Positions 31,871 through 40,445 of a stretch of 64,000 nt of DNA are shown piece after piece. The stretch is from Candidatus Hydrogenedentota bacterium (lineage in GTDB: Bacteria; Hydrogenedentota; Hydrogenedentia; Hydrogenedentales; SLHB01). Position numbers and translations under genes: made by a program. Where the stretch lies: NCBI GenBank assembly GCA_029974275.1, contig JARKSN010000084.1, positions 1 to 64,000 of the forward strand. The letters are read 5' to 3'. Under the pieces are notes generated by a model that did no database searches, was not told where the DNA came from, and worked only from the letters and a program-made list of their open reading frames with translations. Positions within the stretch are counted from its first letter, which is position 1. Each line of letters opens with the position of its first letter.

Positions 31871-32715
31871 CTGTATTTCTTTCTGAAGTGACTTCGAAGC
31901 GCAATTGCGGCAAGATTGACGCCTAACACGAGCATCAGAAGGACCAGCGCCGTGCCGTATTGCATGGGGCGCACCTTCTGCGCATCGGGCATTTGCGTGG
32001 CGAGGATGTACAGGTGGTAAGGAAGCGCCATCACCTGGTCATACGCCGATTGGGGCAACGTCGGCAGATAAAACGCGGCGGCCGTCAACAAGATGGGCGC
32101 CGTTTCGCCCGCGGCGCGGCCAATGCTGAGAATGCTGCCCGTCATCATGCCGGGAACCGCGTACGGCAAGACGTTGCGCCAGATGGTCTGCCACTTGCCC
32201 GCGCCCAAAGCCAAGCTGCCTTCGCGAAGCGATGCGGGCACGGCGCGCAAGGCTTCTTCGCTGGCGACGATAATCGTGGGAAGCACCATGCAGGCCAGCG
32301 TCAAGCAACCTGCCAGGATAGACTGTCCCATGCCGAGGAACAGACAAAAAAGGCCCAATCCGAATAGTCCGAAGACAATGCTCGGCACGCCCGCGAGCGT
32401 GACAATGGCCAGCCTCATCGCGCGCGTGAACCGGCCTTGCACGGCGTATTCGGACAAGTAAATGGCCGCGCCCATCCCCAAGGGCAATGCCGCGACAACG
32501 GTGCCCGCGATAAGATAGAACGTGCCGATGATCGCCGGAAAAATCCCGCCTTCCGATCCGCTATTGCGCGGGACCTCTGTCAAAAAGGACCAGGTGATCG
32601 CCCCGGCGCCTTTCCATGCGACATCGATGATCAGGTAGCCGATGACCGCCACCACGGAATACGTGATGGCGCGCATGGCAATATAGGCGGGCGCTTCGAT
32701 CCGTTTCGCGGCCAT
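31864..32715 (-). CDS. pstA: Phosphate ABC transporter permease
   Basis: [39 protein letters not shown]. Confidence 0.95.
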   Translation of the reverse strand: MAAKRIEAPAYIAMRAITYSVVAVIGYLIIDVAWKGAGAITWSFLTEVPRNSGSEGGIFPAIIGTFYLIAGTVVAALPLGMGAAIYLSEYAVQGRFTRAMRLAIVTLAGVPSIVFGLFGLGLFCLFLGMGQSILAGCLTLACMVLPTIIVASEEALRAVPASLREGSLALGAGKWQTIWRNVLPYAVPGMMTGSILSIGRAAGETAPILLTAAAFYLPTLPQSAYDQVMALPYHLYILATQMPDAQKVRPMQYGTALVLLMLVLGVNLAAIALRSHFRKKYRW

Positions 32716-33587
32716 TAGAAGTTCCTATACCGGGCAAGAACGCGCTGCGCAATCAAGTTGAACGTGAAGGTCACCAGCAGCAAGACGATTCCGATCCAAA
32801 ACAGCGACTGGTAATGCGTGCTATGAAACGTGACCTCGCCCATCTCGGCGGCAATGGTGGCGGTCATCGTGCGCACCGATCGGAATGGATCCAGCGTGAC
32901 GACGGCGCTGTTTCCGGTCACCATGAGCACGGCCATCGTCTCGCCGACGACGCGCCCCATGCCCAACATGATCGCCGCGATAATCCCGGACAGCGCCGCA
33001 GGCACGGTAACCCGCCAAATCGTCTGCAGGCGGCTCGCCCCAAGCGCCATCGACGCTTCCTTATAGGACGCCGGGACGCTGCGGATGGCGTCCTCGGATA
33101 TCGACACGATCGTCGGGATGGCCATCAGCGCCAGCAGCAGGGCGCCGGTCAAGGCTGTGAGTCCGGTGCTCAACTGAAACGCCTGTCGGACTGCCGGAGC
33201 CAGCACCACCAGTCCAAAGAAGCCGAGCACTACAGACGGTATCGATGCGAGCAGTTCGATGAACGGTTTCAGGAACTCGCGCTCGCGTCGGCCAGCCACT
33301 TCCGAAATGAACACCGCCCCGATCACGCCAAAGGGAATCGCGATGACCGTCGCAAGTCCGGTGACGAGCAGTGATCCCGTCAGCAATGGGACGATGCCAA
33401 AGCCCGGCGCCTTGGGCGACACCGGCGCCCACCGCGTCGAGAGCAGCGATCCAAGCCCGGGCTCCCGGGCAAATGGCCCTGCTTCCTTCAACAGGAAAAG
33501 AAAAATCAAGGCCACGATAAGGATGCTCGTCGAGGCGCAGGCCCGCAAGAGCCACTTGATTATCGCTTCTTTCCACCACGAACTCAT
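32715..33587 (-). CDS. pstC: Phosphate ABC transporter permease
   Basis: ELLASIPSVVLGFFG, LGMGRVVGETMAV. Start set at ATG 33587. Confidence 0.95.
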   Translation of the reverse strand: MSSWWKEAIIKWLLRACASTSILIVALIFLFLLKEAGPFAREPGLGSLLSTRWAPVSPKAPGFGIVPLLTGSLLVTGLATVIAIPFGVIGAVFISEVAGRREREFLKPFIELLASIPSVVLGFFGLVVLAPAVRQAFQLSTGLTALTGALLLALMAIPTIVSISEDAIRSVPASYKEASMALGASRLQTIWRVTVPAALSGIIAAIMLGMGRVVGETMAVLMVTGNSAVVTLDPFRSVRTMTATIAAEMGEVTFHSTHYQSLFWIGIVLLLVTFTFNLIAQRVLARYRNF

Positions 33588-33591
33588 GGCG

Positions 33592-34497
33592 TCATCGCAC
33601 CGCCACGTAACCGGTTTCGCGAACGATCCGCTGGCCTTCCGGTCCTGTGCAAAAATCGACAAATGCTCGAATCAACGGGGAGACTGGTTCCGCGGCATAC
33701 AAAAACAGCGCGCGCGAAATGCCATAGGCGCCGGACAGCACGGTTTCTTCGGAAGCGCCAACCGCCGGGGAAGCGTCACTGGTCTTGATACCGATGGCTT
33801 TGATGGAACCGCCGGCGCCGGCCACATAGCCCAGGCCGACATAGCCGATGGACCATGGCTCGGACGAGATCGCCTGCACAATCGCCGCTGTCGCGGGCAA
33901 CAATTGGGCCGTGGCAACGTAATCTTCGTTTTGGAGAACGTGCTCCTGAAAAAAGGCGTACGTGCCCGAGCTTGATTCGCGCGACACCGCCTGGATCGGC
34001 TGATCCGGGCCGCCTACTTGAGTCCAGTTCGTGACAGCGCCCGTATAAATGGCTTTCAACTGTTCGAGCGTGAGTTCGCTGATGGGATTGTTCTTGTTCA
34101 CGATCACGGCGATGGCGTCGCGGGCGACTGTAAATTCGACCGGCGGACGTCTTTTTTTCTCGGCCATTTCCTTTTCTTCAGGCTTGATGTTCCGTGAAGC
34201 CGCACAAATGTCCGTCGTGCCATTGATGAGCGCGGAAATGCCTGTTCCGGTCCCGCCGCCGGTGACGGAGATATTCGCCCCCGGATGCTCGCTCATGTAG
34301 CGTTCGGCCCAAGCGCTCACGAGGTGCACCATCGTGTCCGATCCTTTGACGGTCACGATATTTCCCGACGATGGAGATGTTGCAGACTGGCCGGCGCGAT
34401 CCGCGGGGCGGCCGCATCCGATCGCCATCACGGAGATTGCCGCTCCAATTACGATCCAACTTCTCCCATGTTTTCTGAAGTGTTGCGTTTGGGTCAT
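33592..34497 (-). CDS. pstS: Phosphate-binding lipoprotein
   Basis: Lipobox-like AIGC, VKGSDT, GGGTGTG, SRESSSGT, IGYVGLGY. Confidence 0.93.
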   Translation of the reverse strand: MTQTQHFRKHGRSWIVIGAAISVMAIGCGRPADRAGQSATSPSSGNIVTVKGSDTMVHLVSAWAERYMSEHPGANISVTGGGTGTGISALINGTTDICAASRNIKPEEKEMAEKKRRPPVEFTVARDAIAVIVNKNNPISELTLEQLKAIYTGAVTNWTQVGGPDQPIQAVSRESSSGTYAFFQEHVLQNEDYVATAQLLPATAAIVQAISSEPWSIGYVGLGYVAGAGGSIKAIGIKTSDASPAVGASEETVLSGAYGISRALFLYAAEPVSPLIRAFVDFCTGPEGQRIVRETGYVAVR

Positions 34498-34535
34498 GGA
34501 TTTCCCCTTTTTCGGTTATGTCAGACCGCCTGCCG

Positions 34536-34580
34536 ACTGTAGTCGCTTTGCGTTAGGATTTCGTTAGGAGGCTGTTGGAA
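34536..34580 (-). promoter_or_regulatory. Pho-box promoter of pstSCAB-phoU
   Basis: Minus strand TTCCAAC-AGCC-TCCTAAC-GAAA-TCCTAAC-(10 bp)-TACAGT; 11-bp period. Confidence 0.75.
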
Positions 34581-34582
34581 GC

Positions 34583-35269
34583 TCACGCCTGGAATCGATA
34601 TCCAACCCCTCGAACCGTTTCGATCAGGGGGCCGCACGCGCCCAGTTTTTTTCGTAGCCCCACAATTTGCACGTCCACGGCGCGGTCCGTCACGGCGTAT
34701 TCCGGGCCCCGAACCCCATCGACGATCTGGGTGCGTGTGAACACCCAGCCGGGACGCTGGGCGAGCAAGTGAAGGATGCGGAACTCCGTGCGCGTGAGGG
34801 CGACGGCCTGCCCGTTGACGAGCACCTCGTAGCGGCCGGGGTGTATGGTGATGTCTTTGGCGTGGATAGGGGCGGCGGCATTGGCCTCCGGTTTTTCGCG
34901 CCGGCGGATCACCGCTTGGACGCGCGCCACAAGCACGCGGGGGCTGAAGGGTTTGCAGACATAATCATCCGCGCCCATTTCGAGCCCTCGGACGATGTCC
35001 TTCTCCTCGCCCTTCGCCGTCAGCATGAGGATGGAAACGTCGCGAGTCCGGGCGTCGTTCTTGAGAAGCGAACAGACCTCGAGCCCGCTGATGCCGGGAA
35101 GCATAAGGTCCAACACAATGAGAGAAGGCAATTGCTGGCGCGCCCGTTTGAGCGCCTCGGTCCCATTTCCGGCGCAAGAGACTTCGTAACCGGCCTTTTC
35201 GAGGTTATACTTCAGTAAAACGAGGATATCCTCCTCGTCGTCCACCACCAGGATATGATCTTTCGCCAT
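34583..35269 (-). CDS. phoB: OmpR-family response regulator (PhoB/PhoP type)
   Basis: ILVVDDE, LDLMLPG, MLTAK, GADDY, KPFS; winged helix LTRTEF...DRAVDVQI...IETVRGVGY. Directly upstream of pstS. Confidence 0.85.
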   Translation of the reverse strand: MAKDHILVVDDEEDILVLLKYNLEKAGYEVSCAGNGTEALKRARQQLPSLIVLDLMLPGISGLEVCSLLKNDARTRDVSILMLTAKGEEKDIVRGLEMGADDYVCKPFSPRVLVARVQAVIRRREKPEANAAAPIHAKDITIHPGRYEVLVNGQAVALTRTEFRILHLLAQRPGWVFTRTQIVDGVRGPEYAVTDRAVDVQIVGLRKKLGACGPLIETVRGVGYRFQA

Positions 35270-35376
35270 ATTCCGCCTCCCGCGGTCCCGTGCATCCCCG
35301 CGCTGCCTGCGGCGCCAGAGTCGAACATGCCCCAACACCATCGACTCCGCCCAGTCGCATCCACCCGGACGGCTGC

Positions 35377-35410
35377 ATCGTATCAGTCTCGCGTTAGAAA
35401 AACGTTAAAC
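35377..35410 (-). promoter_or_regulatory. Pho-box promoter of phoB (autoregulation)
   Basis: Minus strand GTTTAAC-GTTT-TTCTAAC-(10 bp)-TACGAT; same geometry as at pstS. Confidence 0.65.
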
Positions 35411-35524
35411 GCTTTTCTCCCCGTTCCTTGCCAATACGGGAACATATGGGAAGGAGGGATACTCATCCCTGCCCGGCTCCCCTTCCTGGAACCGGGCGCA
35501 GCAGGCGCGTCGTTTCTCATTTGA

Positions 35525-36223
35525 TCACGGAAGGGCCGTTTGCGTCAATGGATCCGTCAAGCCGGCTTCCTCAAATGCATGGCGGCGTTCGACGCAGGTT
35601 GGGCAAGCGGCGCAAGGCCGGTCGGCGCCTCGATAGCAGCTCCATGTGTGGGCGAAATCCACGCCAAGCCGCATCCCTATACGAACGGTCTCGGCCTTGC
35701 GCAGGGTCGCAAACGGGGCCTGGATAGTCACGGCGTTCCGGCGATTAAGAGCAAGCGTGTGGTTAAGGCGATCGACGAAATCCACCGTGCAATCCCAATA
35801 GCCGTATTCGTCCTGCGCTTGGGCTCCGTAGAATACATCTGTCGCGCCGCATGACTCGGCGTAGGCCGCCGCGATTGACAGCAGCACCATGTTGCGATGG
35901 GGAACATAGGTTGGGGGCTGGTCGGCGCTTTGGGGTGCGAGGTTTGCCAAATCCGGCACGTCGGCGCCGCCGTGAACAAGCGACGTGGCGTTTTGCACGA
36001 GTTTTCCCAGGAATTGGAGGTTCAACACACAATGATGCGCAACGCCGGCGCGTTGGGCCTGCCAGCGGGCGCACGCCAACTCGCGATCGTGCCGTTGTCC
36101 ATAGTCGCAACTGATCGCATGCAAGGGCTTGCGGCCCAAGTCCCGCGCCACATGATGCAACAGCACCGAACTGTCGAGTCCGCCGCTTAGCAGCGCCACG
36201 GCGGGCCCGCGTTCCGTATCCAT
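35525..36223 (-). CDS. queC: 7-cyano-7-deazaguanine synthase
   Basis: LSGGLDS, YGQRH, TYVPHRN, GYWDC, TWSCY...CAACPTC. Confidence 0.95.
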   Translation of the reverse strand: MDTERGPAVALLSGGLDSSVLLHHVARDLGRKPLHAISCDYGQRHDRELACARWQAQRAGVAHHCVLNLQFLGKLVQNATSLVHGGADVPDLANLAPQSADQPPTYVPHRNMVLLSIAAAYAESCGATDVFYGAQAQDEYGYWDCTVDFVDRLNHTLALNRRNAVTIQAPFATLRKAETVRIGMRLGVDFAHTWSCYRGADRPCAACPTCVERRHAFEEAGLTDPLTQTALP

Positions 36224-36299
36224 CCGGCTTCACGCCTCCGTCCTTCTGCCGCGCCTCCGAGAATTCTTCTTTCCGAATCCTGTTTTCACGGCTGCGGCG

Positions 36300-37304
36300 T
36301 TACTGATGCGTCAAAACATCCAACATCGCTGCGATGTTTTCCGGCCTGGCATCGCGCGGAATCCAGTGGGCCGGCGCGGCGATGAATCCGCCGTCCTTGC
36401 CGACTTCCTCAAGCAGCCGGCCCACTTCTCGCCTTACTTCCGCGACAGAGGCAAAGGGCAAGGTTTGCTGCGTGCTGATGCCTCCGTAGAAGGAAAGTCG
36501 ATCGCCGTATAACCGTTTCATGGCATATACGTCCATGACTTCCGGCTGAAACGGATTGAAGACGTCGACGCCGATCTCGATGAGTTCCGGAAAAAGTTCA
36601 TCGACTTTCCCGCAGGAGTGAATCATGACCGCTTTTCCGTGGGCCTTGACGCGCTGGTACATTTGGGCAACGCGGGGCTTGATGTATTCGCGCCATAAAT
36701 CGACTCCCATCAAAAGGCCCGTCTGTTGCCCCCAGTCGTCGCCGAAAATCATCGCATCGATATCGAACGCGCAGACTTCGTCGATAAGGCCCAGGTTGAA
36801 GTCGAGAATGCGGTCGAACAGATCATGGGAAAACTCCGGTTCGCACATCATGTAGACGAGCATTTCCTCCATTCCTGCCAGAGGCCATGCCCGCTCGAAC
36901 AAACTGAACCCGTAATTCACGGCCGTAAAGCGCCCTGGATATTGCGCTATGAGTTTGGGAATGCCTGCGTATCGCGCGGGGGCGTGCGGATCGGGAAAGG
37001 CGTAATCGTCCAACGAATCGGGGCTGACGATCCGGTTGCAGACGACGCCGATGCTTTTGTCGGCCGATTGGTCCCAGCGAACGCCGAACTCATCTTCCCA
37101 GATATCCGGCTCCACCTCCCGGTAATTCAGCGCCTTGCGTAGCGAGAGATACGCCAGAGAGTTGTCCAGCCTCTGCTCAAAGTCGGGGTCCTGACAGCAC
37201 TGCGCCATCATATCCCGCGCTTCGTCCGTGAACTGGACACTATAGGGGACCCTGTCCGGCTGCCTGTGCGCCAACGCCGTCCGAACTCGTTCGCGGTGCG
37301 TCAT
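36300..37304 (-). CDS. Uroporphyrinogen decarboxylase-fold (URO-D/MtaA-like) protein
   Basis: MTHRERV...PDRVP, DEFGVRW, GDDWG, HSCG, GGISTQ, GGFIAAPAH. Confidence 0.82.
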   Translation of the reverse strand: MTHRERVRTALAHRQPDRVPYSVQFTDEARDMMAQCCQDPDFEQRLDNSLAYLSLRKALNYREVEPDIWEDEFGVRWDQSADKSIGVVCNRIVSPDSLDDYAFPDPHAPARYAGIPKLIAQYPGRFTAVNYGFSLFERAWPLAGMEEMLVYMMCEPEFSHDLFDRILDFNLGLIDEVCAFDIDAMIFGDDWGQQTGLLMGVDLWREYIKPRVAQMYQRVKAHGKAVMIHSCGKVDELFPELIEIGVDVFNPFQPEVMDVYAMKRLYGDRLSFYGGISTQQTLPFASVAEVRREVGRLLEEVGKDGGFIAAPAHWIPRDARPENIAAMLDVLTHQ

Positions 37305-37372
37305 CGTGAATTCCTGCCGTTTGGGAAATGAGGGCAGCGGTCATTTGGTACAGGGGGGATAGAAAAACGCCG

Positions 37373-38320
37373 CTACAATCCGCGCACACATGCCTCCCGG
37401 GCCTTCCAATGGCTGACGGTGCGGGCCACCAACGCGTCGAGCGCAGCGGGATCGGGCCGTCCATACATGGCGGGATAGGGAGCGCCTCCGGGCCCAAGCG
37501 GCTCGGGGGTGCAAAAGCAAGCGTCGTTGTTGTATCCCACAAGATAGAGGGCCATCATCAGGGTGTCCACGTCGAGCATGCCATCGCCCAAGGCGCATCG
37601 ATTCGTGTCGGCAAGATGCAGGTTGGTCAGCCTTTTTCCGTGCCGGACAAGGGTCTCGGCAATGTGTGATTCTTCCACCAGCATATGGTACACGTCGCCG
37701 TTGATATGCTGCACGCCGGGACTGTTCACGGCCTCGATATACCGCTCAGCCTCGGCAAAGGTGTGCACGATGCTCACTTCGGCGGATCGGATGGGCTCGA
37801 TGGCGGCTCGGATTCCGGCTTGGGAAAAGTCGTCGGCAACGATACGCAAGGTCTCTACGGACCGATCGAATTCCATCGCGTCGATGGGGTCGGGGCGGCC
37901 CACGGCCGCCGGCACCACCAGAATGTACTTGGCCTCAAAATCCACGGCCTGGTCGATGGTGCGCCGGATGTAGTCAATGGCGCGCTGACGCACCACGCCG
38001 CGATTGCTCGATAGGTCGTTGTCTGTGCTGAACATGCCGCAGATGCCGCCAACGCGCACGCCGTGGTCGGCTAGCGTTTTTCGGGCGTCCGCCGGCTTAT
38101 AGCCTAGGTCTTCTCCGTAACGATTGCCATGCAATTCGATGTATTGGACGCCGTGTTGGGCAAGGCGCTTGACGGAAGTTTCCAGCGGCTCCATGCCGAA
38201 GCCCCAATTGCTCCAGGACAAATTCAGCGGAGCCGCAAAGCGCTCGGGGTTGCCGCGCTTGGCCGCTAGATAATCAGCGCGAATGCGATCGTTTTTCGCC
38301 TGCCACGGTTGTGATTCCAT
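37373..38320 (-). CDS. Sugar isomerase/epimerase (xylose-isomerase-like TIM barrel, ketose 3-epimerase-like)
   Basis: Metal-ligand motifs IEPIR.E, GDVYHM, HLADTNR, TPEP. Confidence 0.8.
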   Translation of the reverse strand: MESQPWQAKNDRIRADYLAAKRGNPERFAAPLNLSWSNWGFGMEPLETSVKRLAQHGVQYIELHGNRYGEDLGYKPADARKTLADHGVRVGGICGMFSTDNDLSSNRGVVRQRAIDYIRRTIDQAVDFEAKYILVVPAAVGRPDPIDAMEFDRSVETLRIVADDFSQAGIRAAIEPIRSAEVSIVHTFAEAERYIEAVNSPGVQHINGDVYHMLVEESHIAETLVRHGKRLTNLHLADTNRCALGDGMLDVDTLMMALYLVGYNNDACFCTPEPLGPGGAPYPAMYGRPDPAALDALVARTVSHWKAREACVRGL

Positions 38321-38403
38321 GCGCCTCTCCTCATTTCACAACGCCGTTGCGCGGCGGAAACTCCGCGCGCCTCGTCCTTCATCCAAAACCCCCAATGGGA
38401 GGC

Positions 38404-38432
38404 ATGGTACATCCCCGATCGAATGGTGTCAA
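38404..38432 (-). promoter_or_regulatory. Sigma-70 promoter of the epimerase, URO-D and possibly queC genes
   Basis: Minus strand TTGACA-17 bp-TACCAT. Confidence 0.65.
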
Positions 38433-38635
38433 GGAAACGAAAACAAGCGCAGGAGGTTGGCGCTATTCATCGATCACGAGCGCCCGCCTCATACCCGCGG
38501 TTGTGACAAAGCCGTTCCAGGTCCACAACGCAGAGGCTTTTGGGAGAAGATTCCGCGCCGGTCTTTTTGTTATCCTGCCTCTCCAAGCAGCGCAGGGCTG
38601 CTGTTTGCATGTCAACCAGAGGGAGAGAACGATCT

Positions 38636-39394
38636 ATGGGAACCGTTCCGTTTGGATTGCAGTTGTATTCGGTGCGAGATTACACCGAAAAGGACTTCGC
38701 GGGCGCGTTGCGGAAGGTGAAGGAGGCGGGATACGATTTTGTCGAAATGGCGGGGACGGGCGGCCTTGCCGGTCCCGCATGCCATGCGTTGTTGCGCGAC
38801 GCCGGGCTTTCGGCGTTCAGCATGCACATCGGGTTCGAGGACACGACGAAAAAGACAGAGGAAATGATCCAGCTTGCGTTGGACCTTGGCGTTTCGTATG
38901 CCGTCATGCCGTGGCTCGGCCCCCCTCTTGCTTCCGACAAGGCGGCTTGGATCGCCTGCGCCCAGGCATTGGGAAAAGCGGGGGAGGCGTTTCGCGCCCA
39001 TGGCGTGCAGTTGTGTTATCACAATCATGATCACGAGTTCGCCCGGCTCGATGACGAATGCATCTTCGATATCTTGCTGCGGGAGACGTCGCCCGAATCG
39101 TTGGCCGCCGAGTTGGATTGCGGCTGGGCGTGGTACGCGGGGACGGACCCGGTTGTGTTCATCGAAAAACACGCGGGGCGATGTCCGCTGTTGCACATCA
39201 AGGACATCAAGTCAACGGCTTCCCCGCCTGTGCATACGGAAGTGGGACGGGGCGGCATTGACTGGAAACCTATTTTTGCCGCGGGCAAGGCAGCGGGCGT
39301 GAAATGGTTTATCGTTGAGCAGGACGAGTGCGAGCGCGATTCGATGGAGTGCGTGGCGATCAGTGCAAAGTTCATGGCCGCACAGGCCATATAG
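38636..39394 (+). CDS. Sugar phosphate isomerase/epimerase (IolE/AP-endonuclease-2 TIM barrel)
   Basis: GLQLYSVRD, YHNHDHEF, ELDCGW, LHIKD, VEQD. Confidence 0.85.
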   Translation: MGTVPFGLQLYSVRDYTEKDFAGALRKVKEAGYDFVEMAGTGGLAGPACHALLRDAGLSAFSMHIGFEDTTKKTEEMIQLALDLGVSYAVMPWLGPPLASDKAAWIACAQALGKAGEAFRAHGVQLCYHNHDHEFARLDDECIFDILLRETSPESLAAELDCGWAWYAGTDPVVFIEKHAGRCPLLHIKDIKSTASPPVHTEVGRGGIDWKPIFAAGKAAGVKWFIVEQDECERDSMECVAISAKFMAAQAI

Positions 39395-39452
39395 CGCGTG
39401 CCGGCGCGGCGCAGATGGCGCGGCGCGGACATAACCGAAGGGAGGCGCGTTC

Positions 39453-40445
39453 ATGACCGTGGCCAATCGTCCGCCGACGTCGGGCTCGACGGGCCCCGGA
39501 AAAGGGCCGGCAAAAGAGCTGACCGTCCTGGTTCCTGTCTTCAACGAGGAAGACAATATCGGATTTCTATATGAGCGACTTATCAACACGCTGGACGCGT
39601 ATGGCAAGTCGTTCGAGTTGTTGTTTATCGAGGATGGAAGCGTCGATCGTTCGTTCGAGAAACTGGCGGCGCTCCATCGCGCCGACGCCCGGGTGCGCGT
39701 GGTGCGGTTCGCCCGCAATTTCGGCCAGCAGATGGCCATTTCGGCTGGGCTGCAGTATGGACGCGGCGAGGTTATCGTGCTGATCGACGCTGATCTGCAA
39801 GCGCCTCCCGAGGAGATCCCGCGGCTGGTGGACAAGCTCGCCGAGGGGTATGACATTGTGTACGGGGTGCGGAAAGGCCGGATCGATTCGTTGTTGCGGC
39901 GCGTCGGCTCCTGGGGCATGTCGCATCTGTTGTATCGCATCACGGGCATCGACATCCCCGACAGCGCCAGCGGTTTCACCGCGTTGGACCGGCGTTTCGT
40001 CGAGAACATCAATTTGTATAGCGACAAGTCGAAGTATTTCAGCGGATTGTTCGCATGGCTCAGTTACGGCCGCTGGGCGACGGTCGATATCCGGCATGCG
40101 GCGCGGCATTCCGGCGAATCGAAGTATACCATCGCGAAATTGGTGTCGCTGACCCTCAATTTCGTGTGCAATTTCACCGTGATGCCGCTCCGGTTCTCGT
40201 TGTTCGTGGGAGCCGTCCTGGCCGGCGCTTCCCTGGCGACGGCAGCGGGATGGGCGTTCGCGGGAGCGTTGGGAATGGCGCCGTTCCATGCGTTGGGGTT
40301 TCTCGCCCTGGCGATCGTGTTTCTTGCAGGCATTCAGTTGGCGGCCATGGGCGTCCTCGGCGAATACATCGGGCGCATCTATCGGGAAGTGCGCGAACAG
40401 CCGCTTTTCGTGGTTCGGGAGCAACTCGACCATCCGGAAGATTAG
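39453..40445 (+). CDS. ArnC/GtrB-like polyprenyl-phosphate glycosyltransferase (GT2)
   Basis: VPVFNEE, EDGSVD, RNFGQQ, DADLQ, GESKY, two C-terminal TMs, GEYIGRIY. Confidence 0.88.
   Translation: MTVANRPPTSGSTGPGKGPAKELTVLVPVFNEEDNIGFLYERLINTLDAYGKSFELLFIEDGSVDRSFEKLAALHRADARVRVVRFARNFGQQMAISAGLQYGRGEVIVLIDADLQAPPEEIPRLVDKLAEGYDIVYGVRKGRIDSLLRRVGSWGMSHLLYRITGIDIPDSASGFTALDRRFVENINLYSDKSKYFSGLFAWLSYGRWATVDIRHAARHSGESKYTIAKLVSLTLNFVCNFTVMPLRFSLFVGAVLAGASLATAAGWAFAGALGMAPFHALGFLALAIVFLAGIQLAAMGVLGEYIGRIYREVREQPLFVVREQLDHPED

Noticed and set aside
36224..36299. preQ1 riboswitch upstream of queC
   Set aside because: No preQ1-like stem-loop with an A-rich tail is visible.
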